DNA of 64,000 nt from Ekhidna sp. (GCF_965221965.1 NZ_OZ244926.1:2576972-2640971); one strand, 5' to 3'; shown: positions 10,254-19,346, counted from the stretch's first letter. Notes: generated from the sequence alone by a model not told the origin. Translations and numbers: made by a program.

Positions 10254-10832
10254 ATGACAATGCTACAAGAATATATTGATTCTGTTTTCAGTTTTGAGAA
10301 AAACCAATCTACAGCAGGGTTTGAAGAAAGAGTCGGTCCGCCTGATGAGCTATCTGCGGTAATTGGACGCATCACTATGAATTTTCAGTACCTAGAAAAT
10401 GAATTGAAAGAAAGAATTATCCAAATGCTCGAATTGGATCAAGTAAAGGGACACATAATAGTTTCAGAATTGACTTTCAAAAATTTAGTTAATCTTTTCA
10501 GTTCTCTCTACCATAATTTAAAAGCTAACTACCATTTTAATGGATTACCAAATTTTGAAGACGAATATTTTAAGGAGCTTCTTAAAGCGTTGAATAAATG
10601 TGAAGAAATGAGAAATCAGATCATTCATTCTACAATAATTGAAAACTGGCAGACTAAAGAAATAACGAGGAAAAAAATGACATCCAAAGCTAAAGTTGGA
10701 TTAAAAATAACTAAAGAGAATATTGATATTCCTTATCTATTCGATGTAGCGGACTACATAATCGCAATGAGTATAGAAGTGGAAGAATTTTTCATCGATT
10801 TTAAAAGAAAAACGAATACCCATAATGGCTAA
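10254..10832 (+). CDS. Hypothetical protein with an HEPN-type R-N-x-x-x-H motif (possible Abi-like RNase)
   Basis: The sequence looks all-alpha and carries CEEMRNQIIHS (R120..H125, nt 10611-10628), which matches the Rx4-6H HEPN signature. It lies in a visibly AT-rich stretch. Confidence 0.4.
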   Translation: MTMLQEYIDSVFSFEKNQSTAGFEERVGPPDELSAVIGRITMNFQYLENELKERIIQMLELDQVKGHIIVSELTFKNLVNLFSSLYHNLKANYHFNGLPNFEDEYFKELLKALNKCEEMRNQIIHSTIIENWQTKEITRKKMTSKAKVGLKITKENIDIPYLFDVADYIIAMSIEVEEFFIDFKRKTNTHNG

Positions 10833-10933
10833 AAATCATATCTGCTCCGTAGGATAGCAGCACTTTTTAGCCGGAACGCACCACACTACTAAACGTAAAA
10901 ACACTTAACTTGTACTGAGTAAATCTTTAAAAT

Positions 10934-11209
10934 ATGCCTGCTGGTTACGGAATAGTTAAACATGCTAAGGATCTTGCAAGACTTAACAGAAAAAATGCTA
11001 AAAACCGAGGAAACTTTCAAAGGACTTACAAGAACAAATTCCCGGATTACGATTTTAATTTCAATGAACTTAGCCCTGAAGAACTGGAAGAATTTCGAAT
11101 TCAATACTTAAAAAAAAGTAAAAGGGAAAACATCCGCACTGTACTACTCACAATAGCAATTACCCTAATTCTCGGAGCAACTATTTGGTGGATAATTAGC
11201 AGTGTGTAG
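10934..11209 (+). CDS. Small tail-anchored membrane protein
   Basis: Lys/Arg-rich N-terminal two-thirds and a single C-terminal TM segment (VLLTIAITLILGATIWWII). Confidence 0.45.
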   Translation: MPAGYGIVKHAKDLARLNRKNAKNRGNFQRTYKNKFPDYDFNFNELSPEELEEFRIQYLKKSKRENIRTVLLTIAITLILGATIWWIISSV

Positions 11210-11226
11210 CAAACTCTTCCTCAGCC

Positions 11227-11250
11227 TCGGTTCGTGTCCCCACGAACCGA
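11227..11250. repeat. Perfect stem-loop (10-bp stem, 4-nt loop) without a U-tract
   Basis: TCGGTTCGTG-tccc-CACGAACCGA, immediately after the stop at 11209. Confidence 0.6.
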
Positions 11251-11347
11251 CAAACAAACTGGTTTGTGAGGACACAAGCTTTGGCGATAGTAAAGGTGGA
11301 TTGTCCAATACGAAGGAGATAACTCTAAACCAAAAATATGCGTATAT

Positions 11348-11357
11348 TTATGCATAA
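11348..11357. promoter_or_regulatory. Palindrome TTATGCATAA within TATGC(G/A) repeats upstream of vapB (candidate operator)
   Basis: The 10-bp perfect palindrome lies 15 nt upstream of the vapB ATG. The related words ATATGCGTA (upstream) and TTATGCGAA (spanning the start codon) flank it. Confidence 0.35.
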
Positions 11358-11371
11358 TAACATCATTTATT

Positions 11372-11563
11372 ATGCGAACTACATTAGATATTCCGGAAGA
11401 ATTGATCAAAGAAGCAATGAAAATTACTGGTTCTAAAACCAAAAGTGCACTCATTAAAGAAGCACTCGAAGCTCAGATCAAGCGAATCAAACGAAAGCGT
11501 TTGCTCTCTTTTAAGGGCAAAATTGATCTTGATCTTGACTTAGATAGCCTCAGAAACCGGTAA
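11372..11563 (+). CDS. vapB: Type II antitoxin, VapB/DUF2191-like
   Basis: MRTTLDIPEELIKEAMKITGSKTKSALIKEALE is the typical DUF2191 N-terminus. The stop overlaps the next ATG (TAATG). Confidence 0.75.
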   Translation: MRTTLDIPEELIKEAMKITGSKTKSALIKEALEAQIKRIKRKRLLSFKGKIDLDLDLDSLRNR

Positions 11564-11937
11564 TGTCCGTACTTGTAGATAGTTCTGTATGGATTGATTA
11601 TTTCCGAAATGGAACTGACCTCTTAGATCAGTTGATAGAGGAAGATTTAGTTGTTGCCAATGATATTATTCTTTCTGAGTTAATCCCTGCGCTAAAGCTT
11701 CAAAAGCAAGAAGATGTCATTGAAAGCTTATTGAGCCTTGAGTTAGTTGAGCTGAACATTGACTGGAAGCTGATTAGAGAGTATCAAATCATTAACCTGC
11801 AAAATGGAATAAACAAAGTAGGAATACCTGACTTAATCATACTACAACAAACTATTGAGCAGAACCTTTATCTATTCTCATTAGACAAGCATTTCAAACT
11901 GATGCAAAAACATTTTGATTTTAAAATGTTTGAATAG
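11563..11937 (+). CDS. vapC: PIN-domain toxin VapC
   Basis: N-terminal VLVDSSVWIDYF (first PIN acidic residue), a size of 124 aa, and overlap coupling to vapB. Confidence 0.8.
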   Translation: MSVLVDSSVWIDYFRNGTDLLDQLIEEDLVVANDIILSELIPALKLQKQEDVIESLLSLELVELNIDWKLIREYQIINLQNGINKVGIPDLIILQQTIEQNLYLFSLDKHFKLMQKHFDFKMFE

Positions 11938-11961
11938 ATTCCGGCTCAAGGCCGGAATGAC
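11937..11961 (-). repeat. REP-like element GTCA-hairpin-ATC (minus orientation), also a likely bidirectional terminator hairpin
   Basis: The minus strand reads GTCATTCCGGCCTTGAGCCGGAATC, with an 8-bp stem ATTCCGGC/GCCGGAAT and a 5-nt loop. It lies between the convergent stops at 11937 and 11979. Confidence 0.6.
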
Positions 11962-11978
11962 GTTCTTATATGATTTGG

Positions 11979-14534
11979 TTACCCCTCCCTCCTCAACACC
12001 TCCATCGGAGACTCTCGAACTACGCTTCTGCTGTTGAGTAAACCGATCAGGATGCTCATACCGGTTACCAGCACAAAGACAATCCCGATTTGAGAAGCAT
12101 TTGGTATGAACGTAAACTCGAACACAAACTGCCCCAGCAATGTGGTAAATAGCCCTGCTAAGAGTATTCCGCTAAGCGCGCCTAGCGCTCCCAAAAAGAA
12201 ATACTCAGCAATGGTAATCGTCCAGAGTTGTTTTTTGGATGCTCCCAGCGTTCGGAGCAGAACATTCTCCTGCACCCGCTGAAACTTGCTGAGTATGATC
12301 GAACTGATCATCACAATGATCCCTGTTCCAATACTGAAAAAGGCCATGAACTGGATCACAAAAGCTACCTTCCCCAACACATCTTCTAACGTCTTTAAGA
12401 TCAGCTCCAGATCAATGATAGATACATTTGGAAACTTGCTTACTACCTCTTGCTGATATTTGACTGATTTCATCATATCATCCACTCTTGTGACGAGCAC
12501 ATGAAACTGAGGCGCACGTTCCAGTGCACCCTTTGGAAACAGCACCAGGAAGTTCGTTTGCACCCTGCGCCAGTCGATCTCCCGGAAGCTACCTACGTAC
12601 GTTTTCAGAATCGCTCCCTGTACGTTAAAGGTGAGTTCATCCCCAAGTTCAATGTCAAGGTTGTCTTTAAATCCTTCTGAGATACTGATATACACACTGT
12701 CGTTTCGAACCTCTCCGATCCATTCGCCCTCTACAATTTTTTCCGAATCAATTAATGAATCCCGATAGGTGACCCGATACTCCCGACTGTACGCCCAGTC
12801 AGAGATCGAAACCGTAGTATCATTAAAGGCTTCATCTTTGGTGTATCCTTTCACTTCCAGCAGCCGCATAGTCACTACCGGAACATCTTGTGTGATCGGT
12901 AAATCATACTCACGCGTCAATTTCTTTATATCCTCATGTTGTTCGGATTGGATGTCAAACAGCACGGTATTAGGTCGATCATTCGCCGCTGACAAAGAAA
13001 CCCGCTGCACTAACAAATCCTGCATGAAATAAAGGGTAGCTAAAAAGGCTGTTCCCAAACCAAGCGCTGTTATCAGGATGACGGTTTGGTTGTTTGGACG
13101 ATAGAGATTTGAAAATCCCTGTCGCCAGACATATTTCATCGATTGAGGCACCAGTTTTCGGGTAAGCCAGCTTACTCCTTTTCCAATTCCCCCAAGTAAT
13201 GCTATCGCACCTATTAAAATTCCGGAAAAAGCCAGTGACTCGTCCAGCTCCTGTATCTGCCAGAAAACAGAGAGAAAGATGAAAAGAATGATTCCTCCTG
13301 CGATTGGGATCAAGGCCTTATCGAGTTTGAACTTACTCTCTCCAAAACCCAGCCGAATGGCTGAGAGCGGACTGATCTTTCGCAGACCTATCAAAGACAA
13401 TAGCCCAAACAAAAGGGATATAACGATTCCGATCAGCACACCCACAAACAGTGCCGGCCAGTAGGGTTCCGGCACCAGATCGATGGGAAGAAAATCCTGG
13501 ACCACCACCGGTAAATACATGTGAATAGCTAACCCCAGCAAACTACCTATGACCGATCCAATGAATCCAAACAAGGTGACCTGAATCAGGTAGACCCTCA
13601 CAGCCTGTTTGGCTTTCATGCCTAAACATCTGAGTACCGCCACTGCCTGTACTTTGCTTTTCGCATAGACATATATAGCACTGGCTACTCCCAGGCACCC
13701 CAGCAGCAATGCTGTAAAGGCCACCAATTCCAAGAAATTAGCCAGATTTTCAAAGTCTTCACCTGTCTCTCTTTTCTCTTCCTCTACCGTTTCTACGTCA
13801 TATCCTTTTTGTTCTGCCAGTTTCGCCATCTTGCCCCACCTTCCTGTGGTATCTACCTCCTCTGAAAACTGGAAATAATGCACATAGTTGATGCGGCTCC
13901 CCTTCTGGATCAGGCCCGTCTCCTCTAAATACTGGTAAGGGATATAGACCACCGGCGACACGGAAGATGAAACATCTGTTTGTCCCGGAATCTGCGTGAT
14001 TGCACCGATGATCTCAAACGTAAGTGCACCAACATTCAGGCTGTCTCCCACCTGCGCATCATACTGGATCATCATCTTTTCATCCACCAAAGCATACCTG
14101 TCCTCTCTGAATCGCTGGGATGCTTCTTGCGGATTGGTTTCAATCGCTCCGTAATAGGGGTAGTCTCCTTCCAATGCTCGAACCTGAACAAGTCGGGTAC
14201 CTTTGGACTCGGTGAACATCACCATCGAAGCGAAATAATTCTCCTTCGAATGCTTTACTGTAGCTGATTTGAATTGCTGCAACAGACTATCCGGTAAGTC
14301 CCTCCTGCCCCGCACCCTGAAATCCGACCCGACCAAGCCTTTCGCCTGCTTATCGATCTCCTGCAATAGGTTTTCTCTGAATGAGGTTATTCCCACCATT
14401 GCGGCAATCCCTAAGGAAATAGATGCGATGAACAACAGGAGTTTTCCTCTGCTCTTTCTGCTATCCCTCCATGCCATTTTCCATGGCCAGGATTTGCTGT
14501 ATTTAGTGGGTTCTATGGTTACTTTTCGATCCAT
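11979..14534 (-). CDS. ybbP: ABC transporter permease with two FtsX-type modules (YbbP-like)
   Basis: 851 aa with two blocks of 4-TM FtsX-like helices separated by large extracytoplasmic domains. It lies downstream of a MacB/LolD-type ATPase. Confidence 0.8.
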   Translation of the reverse strand: MDRKVTIEPTKYSKSWPWKMAWRDSRKSRGKLLLFIASISLGIAAMVGITSFRENLLQEIDKQAKGLVGSDFRVRGRRDLPDSLLQQFKSATVKHSKENYFASMVMFTESKGTRLVQVRALEGDYPYYGAIETNPQEASQRFREDRYALVDEKMMIQYDAQVGDSLNVGALTFEIIGAITQIPGQTDVSSSVSPVVYIPYQYLEETGLIQKGSRINYVHYFQFSEEVDTTGRWGKMAKLAEQKGYDVETVEEEKRETGEDFENLANFLELVAFTALLLGCLGVASAIYVYAKSKVQAVAVLRCLGMKAKQAVRVYLIQVTLFGFIGSVIGSLLGLAIHMYLPVVVQDFLPIDLVPEPYWPALFVGVLIGIVISLLFGLLSLIGLRKISPLSAIRLGFGESKFKLDKALIPIAGGIILFIFLSVFWQIQELDESLAFSGILIGAIALLGGIGKGVSWLTRKLVPQSMKYVWRQGFSNLYRPNNQTVILITALGLGTAFLATLYFMQDLLVQRVSLSAANDRPNTVLFDIQSEQHEDIKKLTREYDLPITQDVPVVTMRLLEVKGYTKDEAFNDTTVSISDWAYSREYRVTYRDSLIDSEKIVEGEWIGEVRNDSVYISISEGFKDNLDIELGDELTFNVQGAILKTYVGSFREIDWRRVQTNFLVLFPKGALERAPQFHVLVTRVDDMMKSVKYQQEVVSKFPNVSIIDLELILKTLEDVLGKVAFVIQFMAFFSIGTGIIVMISSIILSKFQRVQENVLLRTLGASKKQLWTITIAEYFFLGALGALSGILLAGLFTTLLGQFVFEFTFIPNASQIGIVFVLVTGMSILIGLLNSRSVVRESPMEVLRREG

Positions 14535-14546
14535 TTAGCTTTTATA

Positions 14547-14585
14547 GTCATGCTGAGACTGGCCGTCCGCACTCGTTTCAGCATC
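14547..14585 (+). repeat. REP-like element GTCA-hairpin-ATC (plus orientation)
   Basis: GTCATGCTGAGAC...GTTTCAGCATC with stem ATGCTGA/TCAGCAT, in the intercistronic gap of the ABC operon. Confidence 0.55.
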
Positions 14586-14602
14586 TATATCATTATATTG
14601 AA

Positions 14603-14627
14603 GACTCTGAAACAAGTTCAGAGTGAC
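14603..14627 (-). repeat. REP-like element GTCA-hairpin-GTC (minus orientation)
   Basis: The minus strand reads GTCACTCTGAACTTGTTTCAGAGTC, with an 8-bp stem ACTCTGAA/TTCAGAGT and a 5-nt loop. Confidence 0.6.
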
Positions 14628-14635
14628 CCTATTAT

Positions 14636-15355
14636 TCACGAAACAGCTTTATTCAGTATGATATTCTTGCCCTTCCTTTGATCAATGATTCGTCCACCCT
14701 TGAGTTGAATGATCTTTTCTGTTTTTTCAGCAAGTTCCAGATCATGCGTTACCAGAATAAGTGTGGTGCCTTTTTCCCGATTGATCTCGAATAGCAAGTC
14801 CTCCACAGACTGACCGGTTTCTTCGTCAAGGTTTCCGGTAGGCTCATCGGCGAAGAGGATTTTTGGTTCATTGGAGAAAGCCCGTGCTATCGCCACACGT
14901 TGCTGCTCCCCTCCTGACAGCTGCGATGGATAATGATGCATACGCTCCGCCAGTCCTACTCGTTCCAGTAAATCTGAAGATCGATTTCTGGCATCTTTAA
15001 CACCTCTAAGCTCCAGTGGAATCATGACGTTTTCCAATGCGGTAAGTGTTTGGATCAATTGGAAGTTTTGAAATACAAACCCTACATATTGGTTGCGAAC
15101 TTGCGCCATTTCATCTTCAGTCAATCGATCCAGAATAATATGATTAAGCGTGATTGAGCCTTCTGTTGGACGATCCAAACCTGCACATAATCCCAGCAAA
15201 GTTGTCTTTCCGCTACCCGAGGGTCCTACCACAGCAACAGACGCACCTTCACCCACTGAGAAACTAATATCTTCTAATACATGTACTTCTCTTGATCCGG
15301 ACTTAAATGTTTTTGAGAGGGACGAAACCTCTAAAATGGATGATTCGTTGGGCAT
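14636..15355 (-). CDS. ybbA: ABC transporter ATP-binding protein (YbbA/LolD/MacB-type)
   Basis: Walker [11 protein letters not shown]-loop, signature LSGGEQQRV, Walker B ILFADEPT, and H-loop THD. Confidence 0.9.
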   Translation of the reverse strand: MPNESSILEVSSLSKTFKSGSREVHVLEDISFSVGEGASVAVVGPSGSGKTTLLGLCAGLDRPTEGSITLNHIILDRLTEDEMAQVRNQYVGFVFQNFQLIQTLTALENVMIPLELRGVKDARNRSSDLLERVGLAERMHHYPSQLSGGEQQRVAIARAFSNEPKILFADEPTGNLDEETGQSVEDLLFEINREKGTTLILVTHDLELAEKTEKIIQLKGGRIIDQRKGKNIILNKAVS

Positions 15356-15454
15356 GGAGAAAATTTAAAAGGTAAACGAAAAGTGGATTTGCATGTTAAT
15401 TTAGCCTGATGTCTTCGATAGAAGATCATTTCACTCACGATAATACAACTAACA

Positions 15455-16135
15455 ATGTTTCTTAGAGTTCAAATTATATTCCTGACGTTGCTATTTATTG
15501 GTTGCGGTCAATCCAAAGAATCGAAGCAAAAAACAGGTAATGATCGCAAAGAAGAGGCGGCTGAATCTGTCAAAAGTAAGGGAGATAAAAAGGTTATTCT
15601 CTTTTACGGAAACAGCATCACGGCTGGTTACCAACTGGATATGGACCAGGCTTTTCCTGCACTTATTCAAAAAAGAATAGACTCTTTGGGACTTAACTAC
15701 CAAACCATCAATGCCGGTCTCAGCGGTGAAACATCAGCAGGTGGCAAAAGCCGAATTGATTGGGTGCTACGGACGGTTCCGGATATTTTCTTTCTTGAGC
15801 TTGGAGCCAATGATGGTTTGCGAGGACTGCCACTAGAAGAAACTTATAAAAACCTACAGGATATTATTGATGCGGTAGAAAAGGAAAACCCGGAGGTGAA
15901 AATCATCATAGCAGGAATGATGGTGCCACCTAATCTTGGAGAAGATTACACCTCAGAATTTAAAAACCTCTTTCCCTCACTGGCTAAAGAAAATGATGCA
16001 ATCTATATTCCATTCCTTCTGGAAGGTGTCGCAGGTAATCCTGAATTGAACCTTGGAGACGGCATCCATCCTACACCGGAAGGCCATAAAATTGTAGCAG
16101 AAACGGTATGGAAGTATCTAAAGCCTTTGTTATAG
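15455..16135 (+). CDS. tesA: SGNH/GDSL-family arylesterase/lysophospholipase (TesA-like)
   Basis: Has a lipoprotein-like signal (FIGCG). SGNH blocks are FYGNSITAGY (block I, Asn in place of the usual Asp), GANDG (block III) and DGIHP (block V). It is divergent from the ybbA-like gene. Confidence 0.8.
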   Translation: MFLRVQIIFLTLLFIGCGQSKESKQKTGNDRKEEAAESVKSKGDKKVILFYGNSITAGYQLDMDQAFPALIQKRIDSLGLNYQTINAGLSGETSAGGKSRIDWVLRTVPDIFFLELGANDGLRGLPLEETYKNLQDIIDAVEKENPEVKIIIAGMMVPPNLGEDYTSEFKNLFPSLAKENDAIYIPFLLEGVAGNPELNLGDGIHPTPEGHKIVAETVWKYLKPLL

Positions 16136-16142
16136 ATGGCAC

Positions 16143-17936
16143 CTATTTATTAATACCTTCCTCACTCAATATCTGGCTTACTTTTCGAATAACCTGATCT
16201 AATTCTTCCGCAGAATCCAGTAAGCTATTATTTAATTCCTTTCGTTGTGTGTCCGGAATGCCCCTATTGGACTTGAGCTGGTCCGTGATACCTAAAATAC
16301 GGGCGAGAGGTGCTCGCACATGGTGTGCGTTTGAAAACGCATACTCTCTTAGCTTTTCATTCTGAGCCTGAATGTGTGCTGTTCTCATCCTTACTTTTTC
16401 TTCCAACGATTCATTCATCTGCTTGATTTCCTCATTCACATTGATCAACTCTTCAGCCTGCTCTGCCAGCACTTTCGATTGCCTGGTAATCTCTTGGTTC
16501 TTTCTTTCCAAAAGTTCAATGTGCCTTTTTCTGGACTTATAGAAGCGATAGCCTATATACAGAACACTTAGAGATAAAATAAACACAAAAGAGCCCCCGT
16601 ATATGATGAGGTTTTGCCGCTGAATCTGAAGCTTATTTCTTTCAATAGTGGCTTCATTCAATCTGTTTTGATTAGCTAGCATTTCGTTTTCATTAGAGAT
16701 TTTTTCCAGCTGATAACGACTTTCGAAAATGGCAATCTCTCTACTCTGTCTTTCTGAATTCAGGCTGTCATAATAGGCCTTATGCATAAGCGAATATTCA
16801 AAGGCCAGTACATAATTCCTCTTTGAGGAATAGGTTTCATAAAGCAATTTACTCGCATCGCTCATGCCTTTTCTGTATTCCAAAATCCGACTGACCTCCA
16901 ACGCCTCCTTAGCATGTTCAATTGCTTCATCAAATAGATTAAAGTGATCGTAATATTTCGCAACAGACAGGAGATTCTCAATTACCCCTACATGATACCC
17001 GATCTTACTAAAAATTTCATAGGCCTCGCGGTAGGACGCTAAAGCTTCATCATACTTCCCCTCATTGAAATGCACATTGCCGATATCATTTTTAAGGTTA
17101 GCTTCTAAGATTTTATTTCCTACCGAATTCGATATGTCAAGTGATTTGGTGAAATATTCCAACGCCTTTTGTTCGTCACCTATCAAAAGGTGGATGGTTC
17201 CTATATTCCTTAAGGAGGTGCCCACACCAAGCATCTCGTTGTACTTCGCATGCAAGTCATGTGCCCGAGTATGATACTCCATTGCCAACTCATACTCCCC
17301 ACTTTCTTTGTAGATATCTCCAATATTTGAGAATGTACTGGAAAAGGCGTCCTCTTTACCTATTTCCTCCTTTATCTCAATGGACTTAAAATAGCATTCC
17401 AGTGCTTTGGAATAGTCGCCTAAATCCTGATAAACCATGCCCATATTATTGTAGGTCCCTCCTTTTCCTTCCATGTCTCCAATCTGATCTTTCACGTCAA
17501 GGGATCGCTCATATGAACGAAGAGCCTCGGTAAAGTTTCCTTTGATTCGCATGATAATTCCAATATTATTTAATGCCCGATTAACCCCTCTCAGATCTCC
17601 AATTCGTTCAGAGACTTTCAGGAATTTCTCATAATATTCCAGTGCTGCATCCAGATTAGATTTTGCATATTCGAGTGTTCCCAGGTTGTTATAGGCATTT
17701 GCAACCCCCTTTTCGAATCCTACTTTCAGAGCCATTTCCCTTCCCAGATCAGTATACTTTATCAAAGAATCTGATGAAATCTGGTAATGCAAAAAACCAA
17801 TCTTCAATAAGATTAATGCCTTGGTGGTGTCATGTTTCGCTGTTTTGAGCTCAAGACGCAAGCTGTCTATTTCCTTTGTCTGTCCGAGGGAGGATAGGCA
17901 GAAGCACACAGCGGCAATATGTATTAATCGCTTCAT
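16143..17936 (-). CDS. TPR-repeat transmembrane protein with a C-terminal HisKA-like (DHp) region and no ATPase domain
   Basis: Order is signal peptide, about 9 TPR units, one TM (IIYGGSFVFILSLSVLYIGY), a coiled coil, then the H-box-like FSNAHHVRAPLARILG (nt about 16303-16332). The protein ends about 60 aa later with no N/G1/G2 boxes. Confidence 0.7.
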   Translation of the reverse strand: MKRLIHIAAVCFCLSSLGQTKEIDSLRLELKTAKHDTTKALILLKIGFLHYQISSDSLIKYTDLGREMALKVGFEKGVANAYNNLGTLEYAKSNLDAALEYYEKFLKVSERIGDLRGVNRALNNIGIIMRIKGNFTEALRSYERSLDVKDQIGDMEGKGGTYNNMGMVYQDLGDYSKALECYFKSIEIKEEIGKEDAFSSTFSNIGDIYKESGEYELAMEYHTRAHDLHAKYNEMLGVGTSLRNIGTIHLLIGDEQKALEYFTKSLDISNSVGNKILEANLKNDIGNVHFNEGKYDEALASYREAYEIFSKIGYHVGVIENLLSVAKYYDHFNLFDEAIEHAKEALEVSRILEYRKGMSDASKLLYETYSSKRNYVLAFEYSLMHKAYYDSLNSERQSREIAIFESRYQLEKISNENEMLANQNRLNEATIERNKLQIQRQNLIIYGGSFVFILSLSVLYIGYRFYKSRKRHIELLERKNQEITRQSKVLAEQAEELINVNEEIKQMNESLEEKVRMRTAHIQAQNEKLREYAFSNAHHVRAPLARILGITDQLKSNRGIPDTQRKELNNSLLDSAEELDQVIRKVSQILSEEGINK

Positions 17937-18035
17937 TGAGTAAATAGGGCGGATGGTGTCATTAATTTACTAAATCCCTAATAATCATTTATATAACTAC
18001 TAAAATGTTTATTAATCTTAAATTTGCGATCCGCT

Positions 18036-19346
18036 ATGAAAAAGGTCGCATTTTATACGCTTGGATGTAAGCTGAACTACTCCGAGACGTCTTCTATTTC
18101 GAGGATGTTTGAAGATCGTGGATACATAAAAGTAGATTTTACTGATCAACCGGATATTTTTATCATCAACACATGCTCAGTTACTGAAAATGCGGATAAG
18201 AAATGTAAAAAAATTGTAAAAGAGGCTAAGAAAATATCTCCGAGCAGCTTTGTTACAATCATAGGATGCTATGCCCAGTTAAAGCCCAAAGAAATCTCTG
18301 AAATAAACGGTGTTGATGCAGTGCTGGGTGCTGCTGAAAAATTCCGTTTATTTGATTACCTGGATGATTTCACAAAAGGAGGTGTTTATGCATCTGAGAT
18401 TAAAGAAGCAAAAACTTACAATGCCTCCTACTCCATTGCAGATCGTACGCGGACGTTCCTAAAAGTTCAGGACGGTTGCAATTATGGATGTGCCTTTTGT
18501 ACTATTCCTCTAGCTCGTGGCAAAAGTCGTAGCGATAGTATAGAAAACATCGTTGCTCAGGCCAAAGAAATTGCTCGGACAGATGTAAAAGAAGTTGTGC
18601 TCACCGGAGTAAACATTGGGGATTTTGGTATTCAGGATGGAAGAAGAAAAGAGAAATTCATTGACCTTATCAGAGAACTGGATCAAATAGAAGGCATTGA
18701 TCGGTTCAGGATTTCCTCCATTGAGCCTAATCTACTTTCCAATGAAGTGATTGAATTCGTAGCTCAAAGCAAGCGATTTGTACCTCACTTTCATATTCCA
18801 CTACAATCTGGTAGCGACACGATTTTGAAGAGAATGAACCGTCGCTACCTGAGTGACCTCTATCAAAGCAGAGTAGAAAAAATAAAAACAATCATGCCGG
18901 GTTGCTGCATCGGTGTGGATGTGATTGTCGGGTTTCCCGGTGAAACGGAGGATGAGTTTCTTAAAACCTACAACTTTCTGAATGAGCTGGACATTTCATA
19001 TCTGCATGTTTTCACCTATTCTGAGCGCCCGAATACCAAAGCTGTTGACATGGAAGGTGTGGTAGATCAGGGTGAACGAAATGAGCGGTCAAAAATGCTT
19101 CGGGGACTTTCTGAAAAGAAAAGACGTTATTTCTACGAGCATCAACTCGGCAATACGTTTGAGGTTCTTTTTGAAGAAGATGTGCAGGAGGGTATCATGC
19201 ATGGGTTTACTGAAAATTATGTTCGCGTCGCAGCTAAGTATGACCCTATACTTATTAATGAAATTAAAAGTGTGACATTAAAGTCCATCAACGCTGATGG
19301 CCATGTGGAAGTAGAAGAACCAGAAGAAGCACTGATTCACCATTAA
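18036..19346 (+). CDS. mtaB: tRNA t6A37 methylthiotransferase MtaB (radical SAM)
   Basis: N-terminal VAFYTLGCKLNYSE, radical-SAM cluster motif CNYGCAFC, and a size of about 436 aa. Confidence 0.85.
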   Translation: MKKVAFYTLGCKLNYSETSSISRMFEDRGYIKVDFTDQPDIFIINTCSVTENADKKCKKIVKEAKKISPSSFVTIIGCYAQLKPKEISEINGVDAVLGAAEKFRLFDYLDDFTKGGVYASEIKEAKTYNASYSIADRTRTFLKVQDGCNYGCAFCTIPLARGKSRSDSIENIVAQAKEIARTDVKEVVLTGVNIGDFGIQDGRRKEKFIDLIRELDQIEGIDRFRISSIEPNLLSNEVIEFVAQSKRFVPHFHIPLQSGSDTILKRMNRRYLSDLYQSRVEKIKTIMPGCCIGVDVIVGFPGETEDEFLKTYNFLNELDISYLHVFTYSERPNTKAVDMEGVVDQGERNERSKMLRGLSEKKRRYFYEHQLGNTFEVLFEEDVQEGIMHGFTENYVRVAAKYDPILINEIKSVTLKSINADGHVEVEEPEEALIHH

